From the IMG/VR virus record IMGVR_UViG_3300033049_000066, positions 229,279 through 293,278 of that record: 64,000 nucleotides of DNA; one strand, given 5' to 3'. The position numbers and the translations under genes were made by a program. Below the pieces are notes generated by a model. That model saw only the letters and a program-made list of their open reading frames with translations. It made no database searches and was not told the DNA's origin. Positions 1-10,471 of this stretch are shown one piece after another. Every line of letters starts with the position of its first letter. Positions within the stretch are counted from its first letter, which is position 1.

Positions 1-1609
1 ACCGGGTCACTTGGGGTAGTATTAGCAGCATAAAACAATTCACTCTGAGCTAACCAATCTGGGTCGCCAACAATATCTATTTCGCAATTTGCAATGTCTT
101 GCGGCGCGTACAATATGCTCGCCGCGTTTGCTGCTTGTTCTGTCTCTTTGTTCTCACTGCCTTGATCTGATTCGGTTGAGTTTGCTCGGTAGGATCTCTG
201 TGCGTTATAATTCGTTTGCTGTTTTGGGGCGGCCTCAGGGTTTTCCTTGTGCTTGTCAGTAAACGTAGTATAATAAAAAGTCTTGTAATCTTGCTTAAAA
301 TTTAGGACTTCTGTATTCTTACCTGTAAACCAGTAATCATATTCTTTATGGATTTTAAAACAGCTTGATGGATTAAAATCACTTGTATCAACAGTTGCGA
401 CGTCGTACACAGACACTACGTACGTAATCTTATACGACCATCGTTGACGCGTTTTATCAAAATTTAAAACTTCTATCCGGGGACGTATCTTAAACCATTT
501 TAGCAAATTTAAATTTGATTGTTTGAATATTGTAGATCCATCTTTGTTTGCGTCATTGGTTTTCTTGTATTGATTCGCAATGTACGAACTAGATCGTATA
601 GCTAAATCAATAAATTTTACAATTTTCATACCTGCGTTTGTCGCGTAGGTTTGAACTGTCTTGACTGCCTGAGCTGATCCGTTTGACATAAGGGCGAGGT
701 CAGACGATTTCGCTTGACCAAGGGTTCCGGACCGTTGTATAATTGGTGTGCCGGGTGCGAATGCTATTGCGTTGGCTATTTCAGGCGGCATTTCAATCGC
801 ATACCTATCAGCGTACTCGTAATTCTTATTTTTAGCTAATGTCGCTTGCTGCCTGTTGAGTGCTTGCATTAATCCTTGAGTTACAACACCATTGACGTTC
901 TTAGACGTTTCTCCATTGAGCAAATCAGTTAATGTATTACCTTGAAGGGCAAGATTGAACGGAATTGTACCGTGGACTTGTCCAAGGCCGACTTGAGTCT
1001 GTGGAGCAACACACTCACACGCATAAACTACTTTTGAACTCTCAACGCTGAACTGTATTTGACGAATCATAAATGGAATCCACTTTTCAGTGTACGCATC
1101 TCTGTCAGTTGTATCTACAAAGTTTGCGTTTCGTACTTGATTTCCTTTTTCGTCGTAACCGTAAAATCGCACCACCATCAAATACATCTGATTCACAGGA
1201 TTGAAATCTGTGTAACCTATATTTGCGGCGTAAGCTGACGAAGCGCGGTACAAGCGGTCCATGAATGTCAAACCCATTGGCTCAGTTACTGTAAATTTTA
1301 TTTCAAATGTGTTCTGCGGCCCACCTGTGCTTGTGCCGGCAATAAAACTCGAGAACTGTATGTCGTCTAGGTAGAAATCCTGTGTGAAGAATTTGTTCCG
1401 GATGGCTCCAAAATTGCCAGTTGTTGCTGTGCCTGCGTCAGAGCTTGCGCCACCGCTCTGTATTAACAATTCCATCCCGGTGACATCTTTTGCCTTAGTG
1501 GCAATCATATTTGCGTAGTGCTTAGGCGATTGCATATATATTGAGATGCCGTACGTCATGGTGCTAAAGGCACGGAACGGGTTTGGGATTGGCTTATTTA
1601 GTTCTGCCA
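1..1609 (-). CDS. Baseplate hub/tail structural protein (runs off the window edge, C-terminus missing)
   Basis: ATG at 1609 reads MAELNKPIPNPF...FYLDDIQF...FTVTEPMGLTFMDRL...VRFYGYDEKG. It follows the gp53-like gene in a late operon. Confidence 0.6.
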
Positions 1610-1912
1610 TTAGAATCCCAAATTATCCCGGAGTGTATCAATTGTAGGTACGTAAATTTCTGTGCCGACGCTAAAATCTAGCATGGGATTTTTTAGCGTA
1701 TTTGGATTGCGCTGGGCGAACACCCACCACAGTTCAGAATCTTCGTACAAGTCGTACGCTAGTAAATCTGGGCGGAGGTGATACGTCTGTGTTAGTGTAA
1801 CTTTAACATCACTGGATAATTTCGGTAATGGTCGATTTACCATTAAATCTAAATAGTAATCGTTAATTTGTGTTAGTGCGTATAAGCTCTTTTTTGAATA
1901 CTGTGCTGCCAT
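1610..1912 (-). CDS. Baseplate wedge protein, gp53/LysM-like
   Basis: Motif RPDLLAYDLYEDSELWWVF...G.EIYVP. ATG overlaps the upstream stop. Confidence 0.75.
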   Translation of the reverse strand: MAAQYSKKSLYALTQINDYYLDLMVNRPLPKLSSDVKVTLTQTYHLRPDLLAYDLYEDSELWWVFAQRNPNTLKNPMLDFSVGTEIYVPTIDTLRDNLGF

Positions 1913-2925
1913 TACCAAAATCCTTTCTTGAGAAGTGTACCATTTGCGTATTCCTCTAAGCTAAATTCTTTACTAACTTGATCTCGCGTTTGAATTGGGA
2001 TCATTGTAAAATTAATAGTAATCTTAGTAGGCACATAAGTGGCTTTTGTGTATACATCACTGTATTTAATTTTTCTTGCGGCCTCGGCTCCTTTTTTCTT
2101 CCGGGTGCCGCCAGTAGTTAGGCCAAGTCCACGCATTCTATCCACGTTGCTAGTGCTCGAGGCTTTCAGCTCTATCTCAGTTGGATCTGTCCCAGGCGTT
2201 TCCCCACACGGAATATAATCTACATCGGTTGGCAAATTGTAATTCATCATTGTTATTGCGCAAGGGTGATTGTTAAATTGATATTCGCCAAGGCCGGTTA
2301 AGAATACAACCGGTGGCGGCATTCCTCGGTTCACTGAATCTTTTCCGTAAAACATCTTCGTTGCTGATCTTAAAAAATGTAAGGTTGCTAACATATAATT
2401 TGCTTCGTTTACGTCGTTTGCAGTAAATGTTGCTGTTATAATTAAATTCTGTGTGACACTGCCTGTATAAAAGTATCCTCGGTAGTTGCTGTGAGTTAAA
2501 TCGTAATTTTCGTAGTTAGCATTGTACTGCACTGCGATCTCAGGCGTGTACGGAAATATGATCCCATCGGTTGTTTGAAGTGGCGCAAGGATTCCAGGAT
2601 TGTCGGCGTTGTACAGGTACTTACTGTCGGGTCCGAGGTGCAAACGTACACGCCAGTCTGCTTCTTTGATAGCAAGTCTCTGAGCTTCTGCTTTGCGTTC
2701 TTCTTGAATCGCAAATTCTTCTCTTGATAATTCACCTGAGATATCAAGATCCGTTATTCCAGCTATATCTACATCCGCTGTGTCAGTATCGTCTTCAAGA
2801 AAGTCTACAGCTTCAAGAAAGTCTGCGTCATCTGGCTCTGCGTCGAAATCAGCCTTACTAACTGGCACTCCGTCTATTAAATAGATTATGTTAAAATCAT
2901 TATCAAGTTCAGTTGTCTTTGCCAT
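1912..2925 (-). CDS. Baseplate/tail-tube initiator-like protein
   Basis: IFPYTP, HFLRSATKMFYG and PPPVVFL.G.G motifs. Late promoter at 2948-2953 supports the start at 2925. Confidence 0.55.
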   Translation of the reverse strand: MAKTTELDNDFNIIYLIDGVPVSKADFDAEPDDADFLEAVDFLEDDTDTADVDIAGITDLDISGELSREEFAIQEERKAEAQRLAIKEADWRVRLHLGPDSKYLYNADNPGILAPLQTTDGIIFPYTPEIAVQYNANYENYDLTHSNYRGYFYTGSVTQNLIITATFTANDVNEANYMLATLHFLRSATKMFYGKDSVNRGMPPPVVFLTGLGEYQFNNHPCAITMMNYNLPTDVDYIPCGETPGTDPTEIELKASSTSNVDRMRGLGLTTGGTRKKKGAEAARKIKYSDVYTKATYVPTKITINFTMIPIQTRDQVSKEFSLEEYANGTLLKKGFW

Positions 2926-2988
2926 AGTATATCCTTTTATATTCATATATTTATGGTGAGTCGTTATAACCCAATATAATAAAAGAGG

Positions 2989-3017
2989 TTGACATGTGAG
3001 TACATAGGTGCTATAAT
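2989..3017 (+). promoter_or_regulatory. sigma70-type promoter for gp55
   Basis: TTGACA-17 nt-TATAAT, perfect consensus. Confidence 0.85.
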
Positions 3018-3046
3018 TAAAGCTCATTAAGCTAAAGAGGAGAATT

Positions 3047-5017
3047 ATGGCTAAACGGAAAAAGAATTATTTAAATAACAAGGATATGCTCAAGGAAATT
3101 CACCTTAGCAAAATATCATATTGTGCGTTTACTGACAAGGTAGAGGACAATCAACAAGATTTCATCGTGGAAAGTGCTGACGCGATCTTCGGTACGCAGA
3201 ATGTAGAGGTTAAGAAAGAAACCGAAACCTCAGCTGCGGTTTTTGAAGACATCCCGGTAATACAGCTTGCGAGAAAAGCTAGGGCAGCGAGACTTACAAA
3301 ATTAGAAATTCCAACTGCGGTAGAAGATATAGTTGACACAGATATTGTATTTCGTGTAATGACGAACGAACACATTCCACGAGTCCCCAAGAAAAAATCC
3401 AAGGCACTACTAGCAAAAGAAGCAAAGCAAGCGAAATCCGACGCGATTTTTGACGAGCTTATGGATGGCGACGAGGATGGCGACGCTCCTACACCCACCG
3501 GGCCTGAGGTTATCTTGATCCCAATGCGTGTAAATTTTCCACCGTTTTTCCATTACCGGTTGACGGATGAACCGGGTGAACTAAAACTTGTCGGCAAATC
3601 CCACTGGCGTGGTGACTTAGAAACAGGCAGTTTCAACAAGACCAAGGGGCAAACTACAAACAATCTTGCTATGATGTACATCAAGCTCTGTGAGCGGTAC
3701 GGCACTAGAGGCAATTGGAGAGGGTATTGTGTAGATCAGGCCACAGAGGCTCTCACAGACCGTGGGTGGTTATTTGAAAATGAGATTACCGAAAATGATA
3801 AAATTTTATCATATAATGGCTCGACTATGGTTTGGTCTAACATTAATTCTATGTTTCGGGATAATTACAGTGGATTAATGCATAAACTTACATCTCGTAG
3901 CATCGATTCACTAATCACACCAAGTCATAAAATTGTAACCGATAAGGGGTTACTAAAGATTGAATATCTCAAAGAATCAGACCGGGTCGTTGTAATGGGT
4001 GATGCTGTGCCTACGGAGTTTGAGAAAACATACACAGATCAACTAGTTGAATTAGCTGGATGGATCATAACAGAAGGTAATTATCAACCCAAAAAGAAAA
4101 TTGTTACGATTTATCAAAACGAAGGTTCTTATGCCGACCGCATACGTAAATGTTTACATAACTTAAATTACTCGTTTTCTGAACGCAAATCTTCGAAATC
4201 CGAGAATATTTCATTTGCTATTAAGAGGAAGTACTGGGATGAAATCACAAATCTATTACCTAACAAAAATCTAACTATGGATTTTATTTTAAAACTTACG
4301 TATAATCAACGTGAATTATTAGTTAAAACAATGGTGGATGGTGATGGACACAGACACGGATTATTAATGCGATATACTCAGAAAAATAAAGAACACATGG
4401 ATCATTTTCAAACGTTATGTGCGCTAATTGGGTTAAAATCAAATGTTCATTATGTCGAGAATAAAATGTCATTCGGTAAGCCGGTTAACTATTATGTAAC
4501 AAATGTGTTTTCAAAACGAGGAAACTACACACGTGGATCGGCTATCGACATGCACGGTGGGAAAGACAATGGGAGTAGACACGTCGGCAAGGGGAAATTT
4601 TTCCACCCCAACAAGCCCACGGTGCAGTACGATGGTACGGTATGGTGCCCGGAGACTGACTACGGTTGCTTCTTAGCTAGGCGTAACGGAAAAGTATATT
4701 TGACCGGAAATACGTACAACGATGAAATGCAGGGGCAGGCTTTACTCCAGCTTTCGCAAATTGGACTTCAGTTCAATGAGCTAAAATCGCAGAATCCATT
4801 TGCGTACTACACTGCCGCGGTCACGAACAGTTTTACCCGGGTCTTAAACATTGAGAAAAAGATGCAAAATATCCGAGACGATATCCTCGAGTCAAATGGG
4901 CTCACTCCTAGCTGGACAAGGCAATACGCGAATGATGCGAAAAAGATGCCCCAGTATGATTACAATCTAAATGATCCCAGGAAGAAAAAGGCCAAAGAAG
5001 AGGAACCTAAAACTTAG
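3047..5017 (+). CDS. gp55: T4-like late sigma factor, intein-containing
   Basis: N-terminal NYLNNKDML. After intein removal the protein reads NWRGY|TYNDEM...QFNELKSQNPFAYYT...F.RVLNIEKK. It lies upstream of gp47/gp46 as in T4. Confidence 0.88.
   Translation: MAKRKKNYLNNKDMLKEIHLSKISYCAFTDKVEDNQQDFIVESADAIFGTQNVEVKKETETSAAVFEDIPVIQLARKARAARLTKLEIPTAVEDIVDTDIVFRVMTNEHIPRVPKKKSKALLAKEAKQAKSDAIFDELMDGDEDGDAPTPTGPEVILIPMRVNFPPFFHYRLTDEPGELKLVGKSHWRGDLETGSFNKTKGQTTNNLAMMYIKLCERYGTRGNWRGYCVDQATEALTDRGWLFENEITENDKILSYNGSTMVWSNINSMFRDNYSGLMHKLTSRSIDSLITPSHKIVTDKGLLKIEYLKESDRVVVMGDAVPTEFEKTYTDQLVELAGWIITEGNYQPKKKIVTIYQNEGSYADRIRKCLHNLNYSFSERKSSKSENISFAIKRKYWDEITNLLPNKNLTMDFILKLTYNQRELLVKTMVDGDGHRHGLLMRYTQKNKEHMDHFQTLCALIGLKSNVHYVENKMSFGKPVNYYVTNVFSKRGNYTRGSAIDMHGGKDNGSRHVGKGKFFHPNKPTVQYDGTVWCPETDYGCFLARRNGKVYLTGNTYNDEMQGQALLQLSQIGLQFNELKSQNPFAYYTAAVTNSFTRVLNIEKKMQNIRDDILESNGLTPSWTRQYANDAKKMPQYDYNLNDPRKKKAKEEEPKT
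3728..4711 (+). mobile_element. Intein (328 aa) with LAGLIDADG homing endonuclease in gp55
   Basis: Starts CVDQATEALTDRGW. Block B ITPSHK; endonuclease motifs LAGWIITEG and MVDGDG. Ends VWCPETDYGCFLARRNGKVYLTGN followed by T(+1). Confidence 0.92.
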
Positions 5018-5040
5018 CCCGACGGATATACTCTAAACAT

Positions 5041-5069
5041 TTGCGATTGTTGTTGTTTTATCGTATAAT
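5041..5069 (+). promoter_or_regulatory. sigma70-type promoter for gp47
   Basis: TTGCGA-17 nt-TATAAT, flanked by an inverted repeat. Confidence 0.65.
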
Positions 5070-5153
5070 ATGTTTAGCGTATATTCACCAGCATGGAATA
5101 GATCCTAGCAACCGGCAGAGTTGTAGATGTACGTAAATGACGGATAATAATAA

Positions 5154-6167
5154 ATGAGTCAACTGTTTAAGAAGGCAATGATCTTCACTGATATACATTT
5201 TGGGCTAAAAAGTAATAGTCAGCAGCATAACAAAGATTGTGAAGACTTTGTGCAATGGGCAATAAAAACCGGCAAGGAGCATGGCTGCGAGACTGGCATG
5301 TTCTTGGGAGATTGGCATCATCATAGATCATCAATTAATTTGCAAACTCTAAACTACAGTTTACGAAGTCTGGAACGGTTAAATGATGAGTTTGATAATT
5401 TCTACTTTATTCCTGGCAATCATGATTTGTACTACCGCGACAAGCGTGATATACACGGCATTGAGTGGGCTAAACATCTTCCAAATATAACAATTTGCAA
5501 TGATTGGTTTCATCAAGATAATGTATCAATTGTTCCGTGGTTGGTCGGCGACGATTACAAAAAATTAATAAAAATAAAAGCCAAGTACATGTTCGGCCAC
5601 TTCGAGCTTCCGCACTTTAAAATGAATGCGTTAGTTGAGATGCCGGATACTGGCACTGTGAAAAGTTCGCAGTTAGCAAATGTCGAAAAGGTCTTTAGTG
5701 GGCATTTTCACATGAGGCAGGTTCGTGGCAATGTCACGTACATCGGCAATTGTTTCCCGCACAATTTTTCGGATGCTGGGGATGACCAGCGTGGGGTGAT
5801 GATTCTCGAGTGGGATAAGGAACCGAAATTTTTTGCCTGGCCTGATCAACCCCTATACAAGGTCGTGAATTTAAGTACGCTCCTTGACGATGCGGATTCT
5901 ATTCTCGGACCGAATATGCACGTGAAGGTCAATCTCGACATTGACGTCAGCTATGAAGAAGCAAATTTCATCAAGGAAACTTTCGTCGAGAAATATAAAC
6001 TGCGTGAAATTAGTTTGATTCCTTTGAAGGAACAAGAATTTGAAGACGATAATAATCAGGCTGTCTCGTTTAACAGTGTTGATACTATCATACACGAACA
6101 AATCGCCGCAATCGAAAGTGAGTTTTATAAAACTGGATTGCTAATGGAAATATATAACAACCTTTGA
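5154..6167 (+). CDS. gp47: Recombination nuclease subunit (Mre11/SbcD-like)
   Basis: Metallophosphoesterase motifs DIHFG, LGDW, GNHD, GHFE, SGHFH. Confidence 0.95.
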   Translation: MSQLFKKAMIFTDIHFGLKSNSQQHNKDCEDFVQWAIKTGKEHGCETGMFLGDWHHHRSSINLQTLNYSLRSLERLNDEFDNFYFIPGNHDLYYRDKRDIHGIEWAKHLPNITICNDWFHQDNVSIVPWLVGDDYKKLIKIKAKYMFGHFELPHFKMNALVEMPDTGTVKSSQLANVEKVFSGHFHMRQVRGNVTYIGNCFPHNFSDAGDDQRGVMILEWDKEPKFFAWPDQPLYKVVNLSTLLDDADSILGPNMHVKVNLDIDVSYEEANFIKETFVEKYKLREISLIPLKEQEFEDDNNQAVSFNSVDTIIHEQIAAIESEFYKTGLLMEIYNNL

Positions 6168-6174
6168 GAAAACT

Positions 6175-6972
6175 ATGAACGAAAAAACAATACATTTTAT
6201 CGCTGGTTTACCACGTGCAGGTAGTACGCTACTCTGTAACATTTTAAATCAAAATCCAAGATTTCATGCTACAAGCACCTCGGGCATTTTAGACATTGTA
6301 CTCGCTATACGCAACCAATGGGAAAATGTTAACGAATTCCAAGCAACTCCAAATAAGCTCGGAAAAGACGCAGTAATGAAACCAATTTTACAAAATTACT
6401 ATTCAACAGTCGAGAGGCCGGTTGTATTTGACAAGTCGAGAGGATGGCCCGGGTATTTAGAACTTGCTGAACATTGTCTAGGCACAAAAGTCAAGATGAT
6501 TGTCCCGGTTCGTAGAGTCGTAGATATTCTCGCTTCGTTTGAAAAATTAACAAGAAACAATTCACGGACTTGGCAAATGCCGCAAGAGAAATCACACTTC
6601 TTTGAGATGCAGACGCTCGCTGGTAGGGCAGATGTTTGGATGAGAAACGATCAGCCTGTGGGCATTGCCTACAATCGCGTAAGAGATGCGATAGACAGGG
6701 GCTTTGGCGAACAACTACATTTTGTGGAATTTGAAAATTTAACCGCGCATCCTGAGGCTACAATGGCTGCTTTGTACGAGTTTCTCGGTGAGGTGTATTT
6801 TGCGCATGATTTTTTAAATGTTGAGCAAAGCACAAATGAGAACGATGACGTCCATGGTATCCCTGGACTCCACACGATCCGACAGGTAGTGAAGCCGTTT
6901 GACGTAGATGCTAAGAAAATCATCGGAGCGGATGCTTACAAGAAATACGAAAATGCGGAATTTTGGAGATAG
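6175..6972 (+). CDS. P-loop sulfotransferase family protein
   Basis: PAPS-binding loop FIAGLPRAGSTLL, DKSR, VRRVVDILAS, V.FENL...P. Confidence 0.85.
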   Translation: MNEKTIHFIAGLPRAGSTLLCNILNQNPRFHATSTSGILDIVLAIRNQWENVNEFQATPNKLGKDAVMKPILQNYYSTVERPVVFDKSRGWPGYLELAEHCLGTKVKMIVPVRRVVDILASFEKLTRNNSRTWQMPQEKSHFFEMQTLAGRADVWMRNDQPVGIAYNRVRDAIDRGFGEQLHFVEFENLTAHPEATMAALYEFLGEVYFAHDFLNVEQSTNENDDVHGIPGLHTIRQVVKPFDVDAKKIIGADAYKKYENAEFWR

Positions 6973-6976
6973 ATAA

Positions 6977-9940
6977 TTGATTAAAATTAAAAGTTTGGTT
7001 GTAAAAAACTTTATGAGTATCGGAAACGCAAGTCAAGCCGTGGACTTTGACCGTGATGACTTGACCCTCGTTCTTGGGGAGAATCTTGATCTTGGGAGCA
7101 ATGGTGCGAGAAATGGTACCGGGAAGGCGCAACCGTTGTACTCAAAAATAAAAACACCCGGTGGCTGGGCTACAATGGGCGATATGGTCGTTGGGCAAGC
7201 CATCACCACACCTACCGGGGGCAGTGCTGAGGTCAGTGGCGTTTTCCCACAGGGTGAGGTAGAAACATACAGAATTCATTTTTCTGATGGTAGGCAAACA
7301 GATGCTTGCAAAGACCATCTGTGGAAAGTTTACTCGCACTCGTTTAAAGATAAATGGCAGGTTCTAACTACTGCTGAGTTAATTTCGCATACAGAAAAAT
7401 ATAAAAATCATAAAAATAAATCTACGTACTACAAATATGTTCCGTTGATTATCCCAGAAAATATTGCAGACATTAAGTTGCCATTTGATCCATATTTCCT
7501 TGGCGCGATGCTCGGAGACGGTGGCATGACCGTACACGGTATCGGGTTTACAACTGCTGATGACGAAATGTTTGAAAATATGAAACAGGTTCTGCCAGAA
7601 AATTATCAGATAACAAAAAATCATTATGATGACTACGGATATTCATTAAAATTTATTAATCGAAAAAAGTACAGCACATTACGACTAGGATTATCTGCGC
7701 TGAAGTTATACGGAACGAAATCAGCAACGAAATTTATTCCAGAAATATATAAAAATGCCTCCATTAATCAAAAAATAGAACTTATACAAGGGATAGTAGA
7801 CACCGACGGTTATGTCGCAAAGAAAAACGGGTCACTTTCTATTACAACCGTCAGCAAGCAAATGGCGGATGATATTCAAGAAATAATACAGTCTATTGGC
7901 GGGATCGCTAAAATAAAAATTAAAACGAACTGTGGGTATAAAAAAGACGGCATATTTATACCATGTCAGGACGCCTACACCGTTTGCATCACATACCATA
8001 CTCCAAAACTTTTAGCTCGACTTAGCCGGAAAAAAGATCTCTTACCGGGTGAGAATTATCAGTACAAAAATAGAAAATTAAGAATCGATCATATAGAATA
8101 TATTGGTAAGATTGAATCCCAATGTATTATGGTCGAACACTCAGATCACTTATACATTACAGACAATTATATTGTTACACATAATACGACGTTGATAAAC
8201 GCTCTGAGCTATGGGCTGTACGGCAGTGCGCTTTCTGAGATTCGCGTGAACAATCTTGTCAACAAAACTAACAGAAAAAATATGCTCGTGTCGGTTGAGT
8301 TCAGCATCGACGAGGCGCAGTACAGAATTGAAAGGGGCAGATCTCCAAATGTGCTGAAATTTTACAAAAATGATCTTGAGCAGAAGGATGAGGATGGTGC
8401 GCAGGGCGAGAACAGGGAAACGCAAAAAGAGATAAATGATCTACTGGGGCTGAGTCACGCGATGTTCAAACACGCTGTCGCGCTAAACACCTACACCACC
8501 CCGTTTCTGTCTCTCAAGAATGCTGACCAGAAAGATATTATCGAGGAGCTTCTCGGAATCACTGTCCTTACCGAGAAGGCCGAGGCACTGAAAGCGGTCA
8601 ACAAGATCACAAAGGATGGGGTCAAGGAAGAAGAATTCCGGCTTGAGACTATCATGAAGGCGAATCTGCGAATTGACGAACAGATTGAGGGGTTGAAGCG
8701 CCGGCAGCGGATGTGGCAGATCTCCCACAATAACACAGTAGATGGTTATACTTCAAAGATTGAAAAATTGATGGTGGTCGACATCGAAGACGAGATTGCT
8801 AAGCATAACCGCAATGCGAAAATCCGGGTTGATACTGACAAGAAAAACACCAAGGGCAAAGCAGCAGTTGACAAATTTAACGCTGAACTAAAAATTCAAA
8901 AGGATCGTGAGATTGCCGCCATTGACAAATTCAACTCTGCTGTGCTAGAATGTAATCGGTGGATCAAACAAATTGAAAATGATACAAAGGCCCAGGAGCG
9001 TCGGTCGCAAGCGTTACAAAGAGATATTGATTTACTAGAAGATCACAAGTGCCACGCCTGCGGGCAGGATCTCCATGATGAGACACAGGAAGCAAATATT
9101 GCGGCTAAGAAAACAGAATTAACAGAATGTGCAATGCAGATTCTATCTAATCAAACGCAGGATACAGAGCAGAAACTAAAACTTGCGGACCTTGGCTCAC
9201 CGCCGGTAACAAAAGAAGCTAAGAAAGCCAAAACGTTCAAAGAAGAGCAGTACAAGGGCAACCTCACTTTTTACAAAACCATCGACGAGGCTCACGGACA
9301 CAAGAGCTCGCTCGCTACGCTCACATCGCAGCTTGAAACCGCTGTAGACACTGCTGATCCGTACGTTGAACAAGTAGACGAAATGGTTGCTAGTGGGCTA
9401 GTTGAGGTCTCTTACGAATCTTTAAATCAGCTTGTCGAGCTACAAGAGCATCAGGCATTTCTACTAAAACTTTTAACGAGCAAAGATAGTTTCATTCGCA
9501 AGAAAATCATTGAGCAAAATTTAGCGTACTTGAATGGGCGGCTTACATATTACCTCACTGAAATCGGGCTTCCGCATCGTGTGCGGTTCATGTCGGATCT
9601 TAGCGTTGAGATTACAGACTTGGGCAGAGACCTGGACTTTGACAATTTGTCACGGGGTGAGAGGACTAGGCTGATTTTGTCTCTGTCTTGGGCGTTTAGG
9701 GATGTCTGGGAAAGTCTGTACAGCCACATCAACTTACTTTTTGTAGACGAGCTTGTCGACAATGGACTTGACACAAATGGCGTCGAAGCCGCTATTAAAA
9801 TTATGAAAAGTATGGCGAGGGAGCGTGGGAAAAGTGTTTGGCTGGTCTCGCACAGAGAAGAATTAATTAGCCGCGTGAATAACACAATGAAAGTGATTAA
9901 GAGCGGTGGCTACACTGAATACAGTAGCGAATTAGAATAG
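6977..9940 (+). CDS. gp46: Recombination ATPase (Rad50/SbcC-like), intein-containing
   Basis: KNFMS; Walker A NGTGK|TT; zinc hook CHAC; signature LSRGE; Walker B LFVDE; H-loop VSH. Confidence 0.95.
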   Translation: MIKIKSLVVKNFMSIGNASQAVDFDRDDLTLVLGENLDLGSNGARNGTGKAQPLYSKIKTPGGWATMGDMVVGQAITTPTGGSAEVSGVFPQGEVETYRIHFSDGRQTDACKDHLWKVYSHSFKDKWQVLTTAELISHTEKYKNHKNKSTYYKYVPLIIPENIADIKLPFDPYFLGAMLGDGGMTVHGIGFTTADDEMFENMKQVLPENYQITKNHYDDYGYSLKFINRKKYSTLRLGLSALKLYGTKSATKFIPEIYKNASINQKIELIQGIVDTDGYVAKKNGSLSITTVSKQMADDIQEIIQSIGGIAKIKIKTNCGYKKDGIFIPCQDAYTVCITYHTPKLLARLSRKKDLLPGENYQYKNRKLRIDHIEYIGKIESQCIMVEHSDHLYITDNYIVTHNTTLINALSYGLYGSALSEIRVNNLVNKTNRKNMLVSVEFSIDEAQYRIERGRSPNVLKFYKNDLEQKDEDGAQGENRETQKEINDLLGLSHAMFKHAVALNTYTTPFLSLKNADQKDIIEELLGITVLTEKAEALKAVNKITKDGVKEEEFRLETIMKANLRIDEQIEGLKRRQRMWQISHNNTVDGYTSKIEKLMVVDIEDEIAKHNRNAKIRVDTDKKNTKGKAAVDKFNAELKIQKDREIAAIDKFNSAVLECNRWIKQIENDTKAQERRSQALQRDIDLLEDHKCHACGQDLHDETQEANIAAKKTELTECAMQILSNQTQDTEQKLKLADLGSPPVTKEAKKAKTFKEEQYKGNLTFYKTIDEAHGHKSSLATLTSQLETAVDTADPYVEQVDEMVASGLVEVSYESLNQLVELQEHQAFLLKLLTSKDSFIRKKIIEQNLAYLNGRLTYYLTEIGLPHRVRFMSDLSVEITDLGRDLDFDNLSRGERTRLILSLSWAFRDVWESLYSHINLLFVDELVDNGLDTNGVEAAIKIMKSMARERGKSVWLVSHREELISRVNNTMKVIKSGGYTEYSSELE
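7127..8185 (+). mobile_element. Class-3-type intein (353 aa) with LAGLIDADG endonuclease in the gp46 Walker A motif
   Basis: Starts with Ala (AQPLYSKIKTP). WCT signature: DHLW, SQCIMV, VTHN. Endonuclease motifs LGAMLGDG and GIVDTDG; +1 residue is Thr. Confidence 0.92.
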
Positions 9941-10471
9941 CTACTTATAATAAAAGTTAGTAGTACTAAACTCCTCGAAGAGTTTACTCAAACCTTTTGT
10001 TAATTTACGAGATTTGGGATAAGGTGGTACTTTCTTTTTAGGATATTTTGCTTTGAAAAGTTTGATCATTTTATTATAGGATGATTTTTTAACTTTTTGA
10101 GCTTTAGGAACCTCGGATGGATGGATATAAACCTCCCCGTCTTCGGTATACGCACCGGCTTCTAAGTAGTCAGCTAAGTTGCGTAAAAATGTAGGAAGAT
10201 CGGTCGGGTGTTTGGATTCATCGGCCCCATAATAACGTTTCCAATTATTCGTTATTTTTCCTTCAATGGCATTTGCCCGGAACTCAATCGCATTGCGAAT
10301 TGTTCCTTTGTTAGGTGCGTAAGGCTCGGAATTTAGCTTATGTATATGATCTAACACGCATTTGTCGATAGGGATTTTAATCCCCAGTAATGGACAAACT
10401 TCGTTATTTTGTTTATGAAGTTTTTCTTTAAGGATCTTGATATCCTTGACTTTGAGCTCGACGTATTGCAT
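9941..10471 (-). CDS. Endonuclease VII (gp49)-like His-Me nuclease
   Basis: Q...CPL...VLDHIH...G.IR.....AN.IEGK...FLRNLADYL...IHP. Late promoter at 10478-10483. Confidence 0.8.
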   Translation of the reverse strand: MQYVELKVKDIKILKEKLHKQNNEVCPLLGIKIPIDKCVLDHIHKLNSEPYAPNKGTIRNAIEFRANAIEGKITNNWKRYYGADESKHPTDLPTFLRNLADYLEAGAYTEDGEVYIHPSEVPKAQKVKKSSYNKMIKLFKAKYPKKKVPPYPKSRKLTKGLSKLFEEFSTTNFYYK

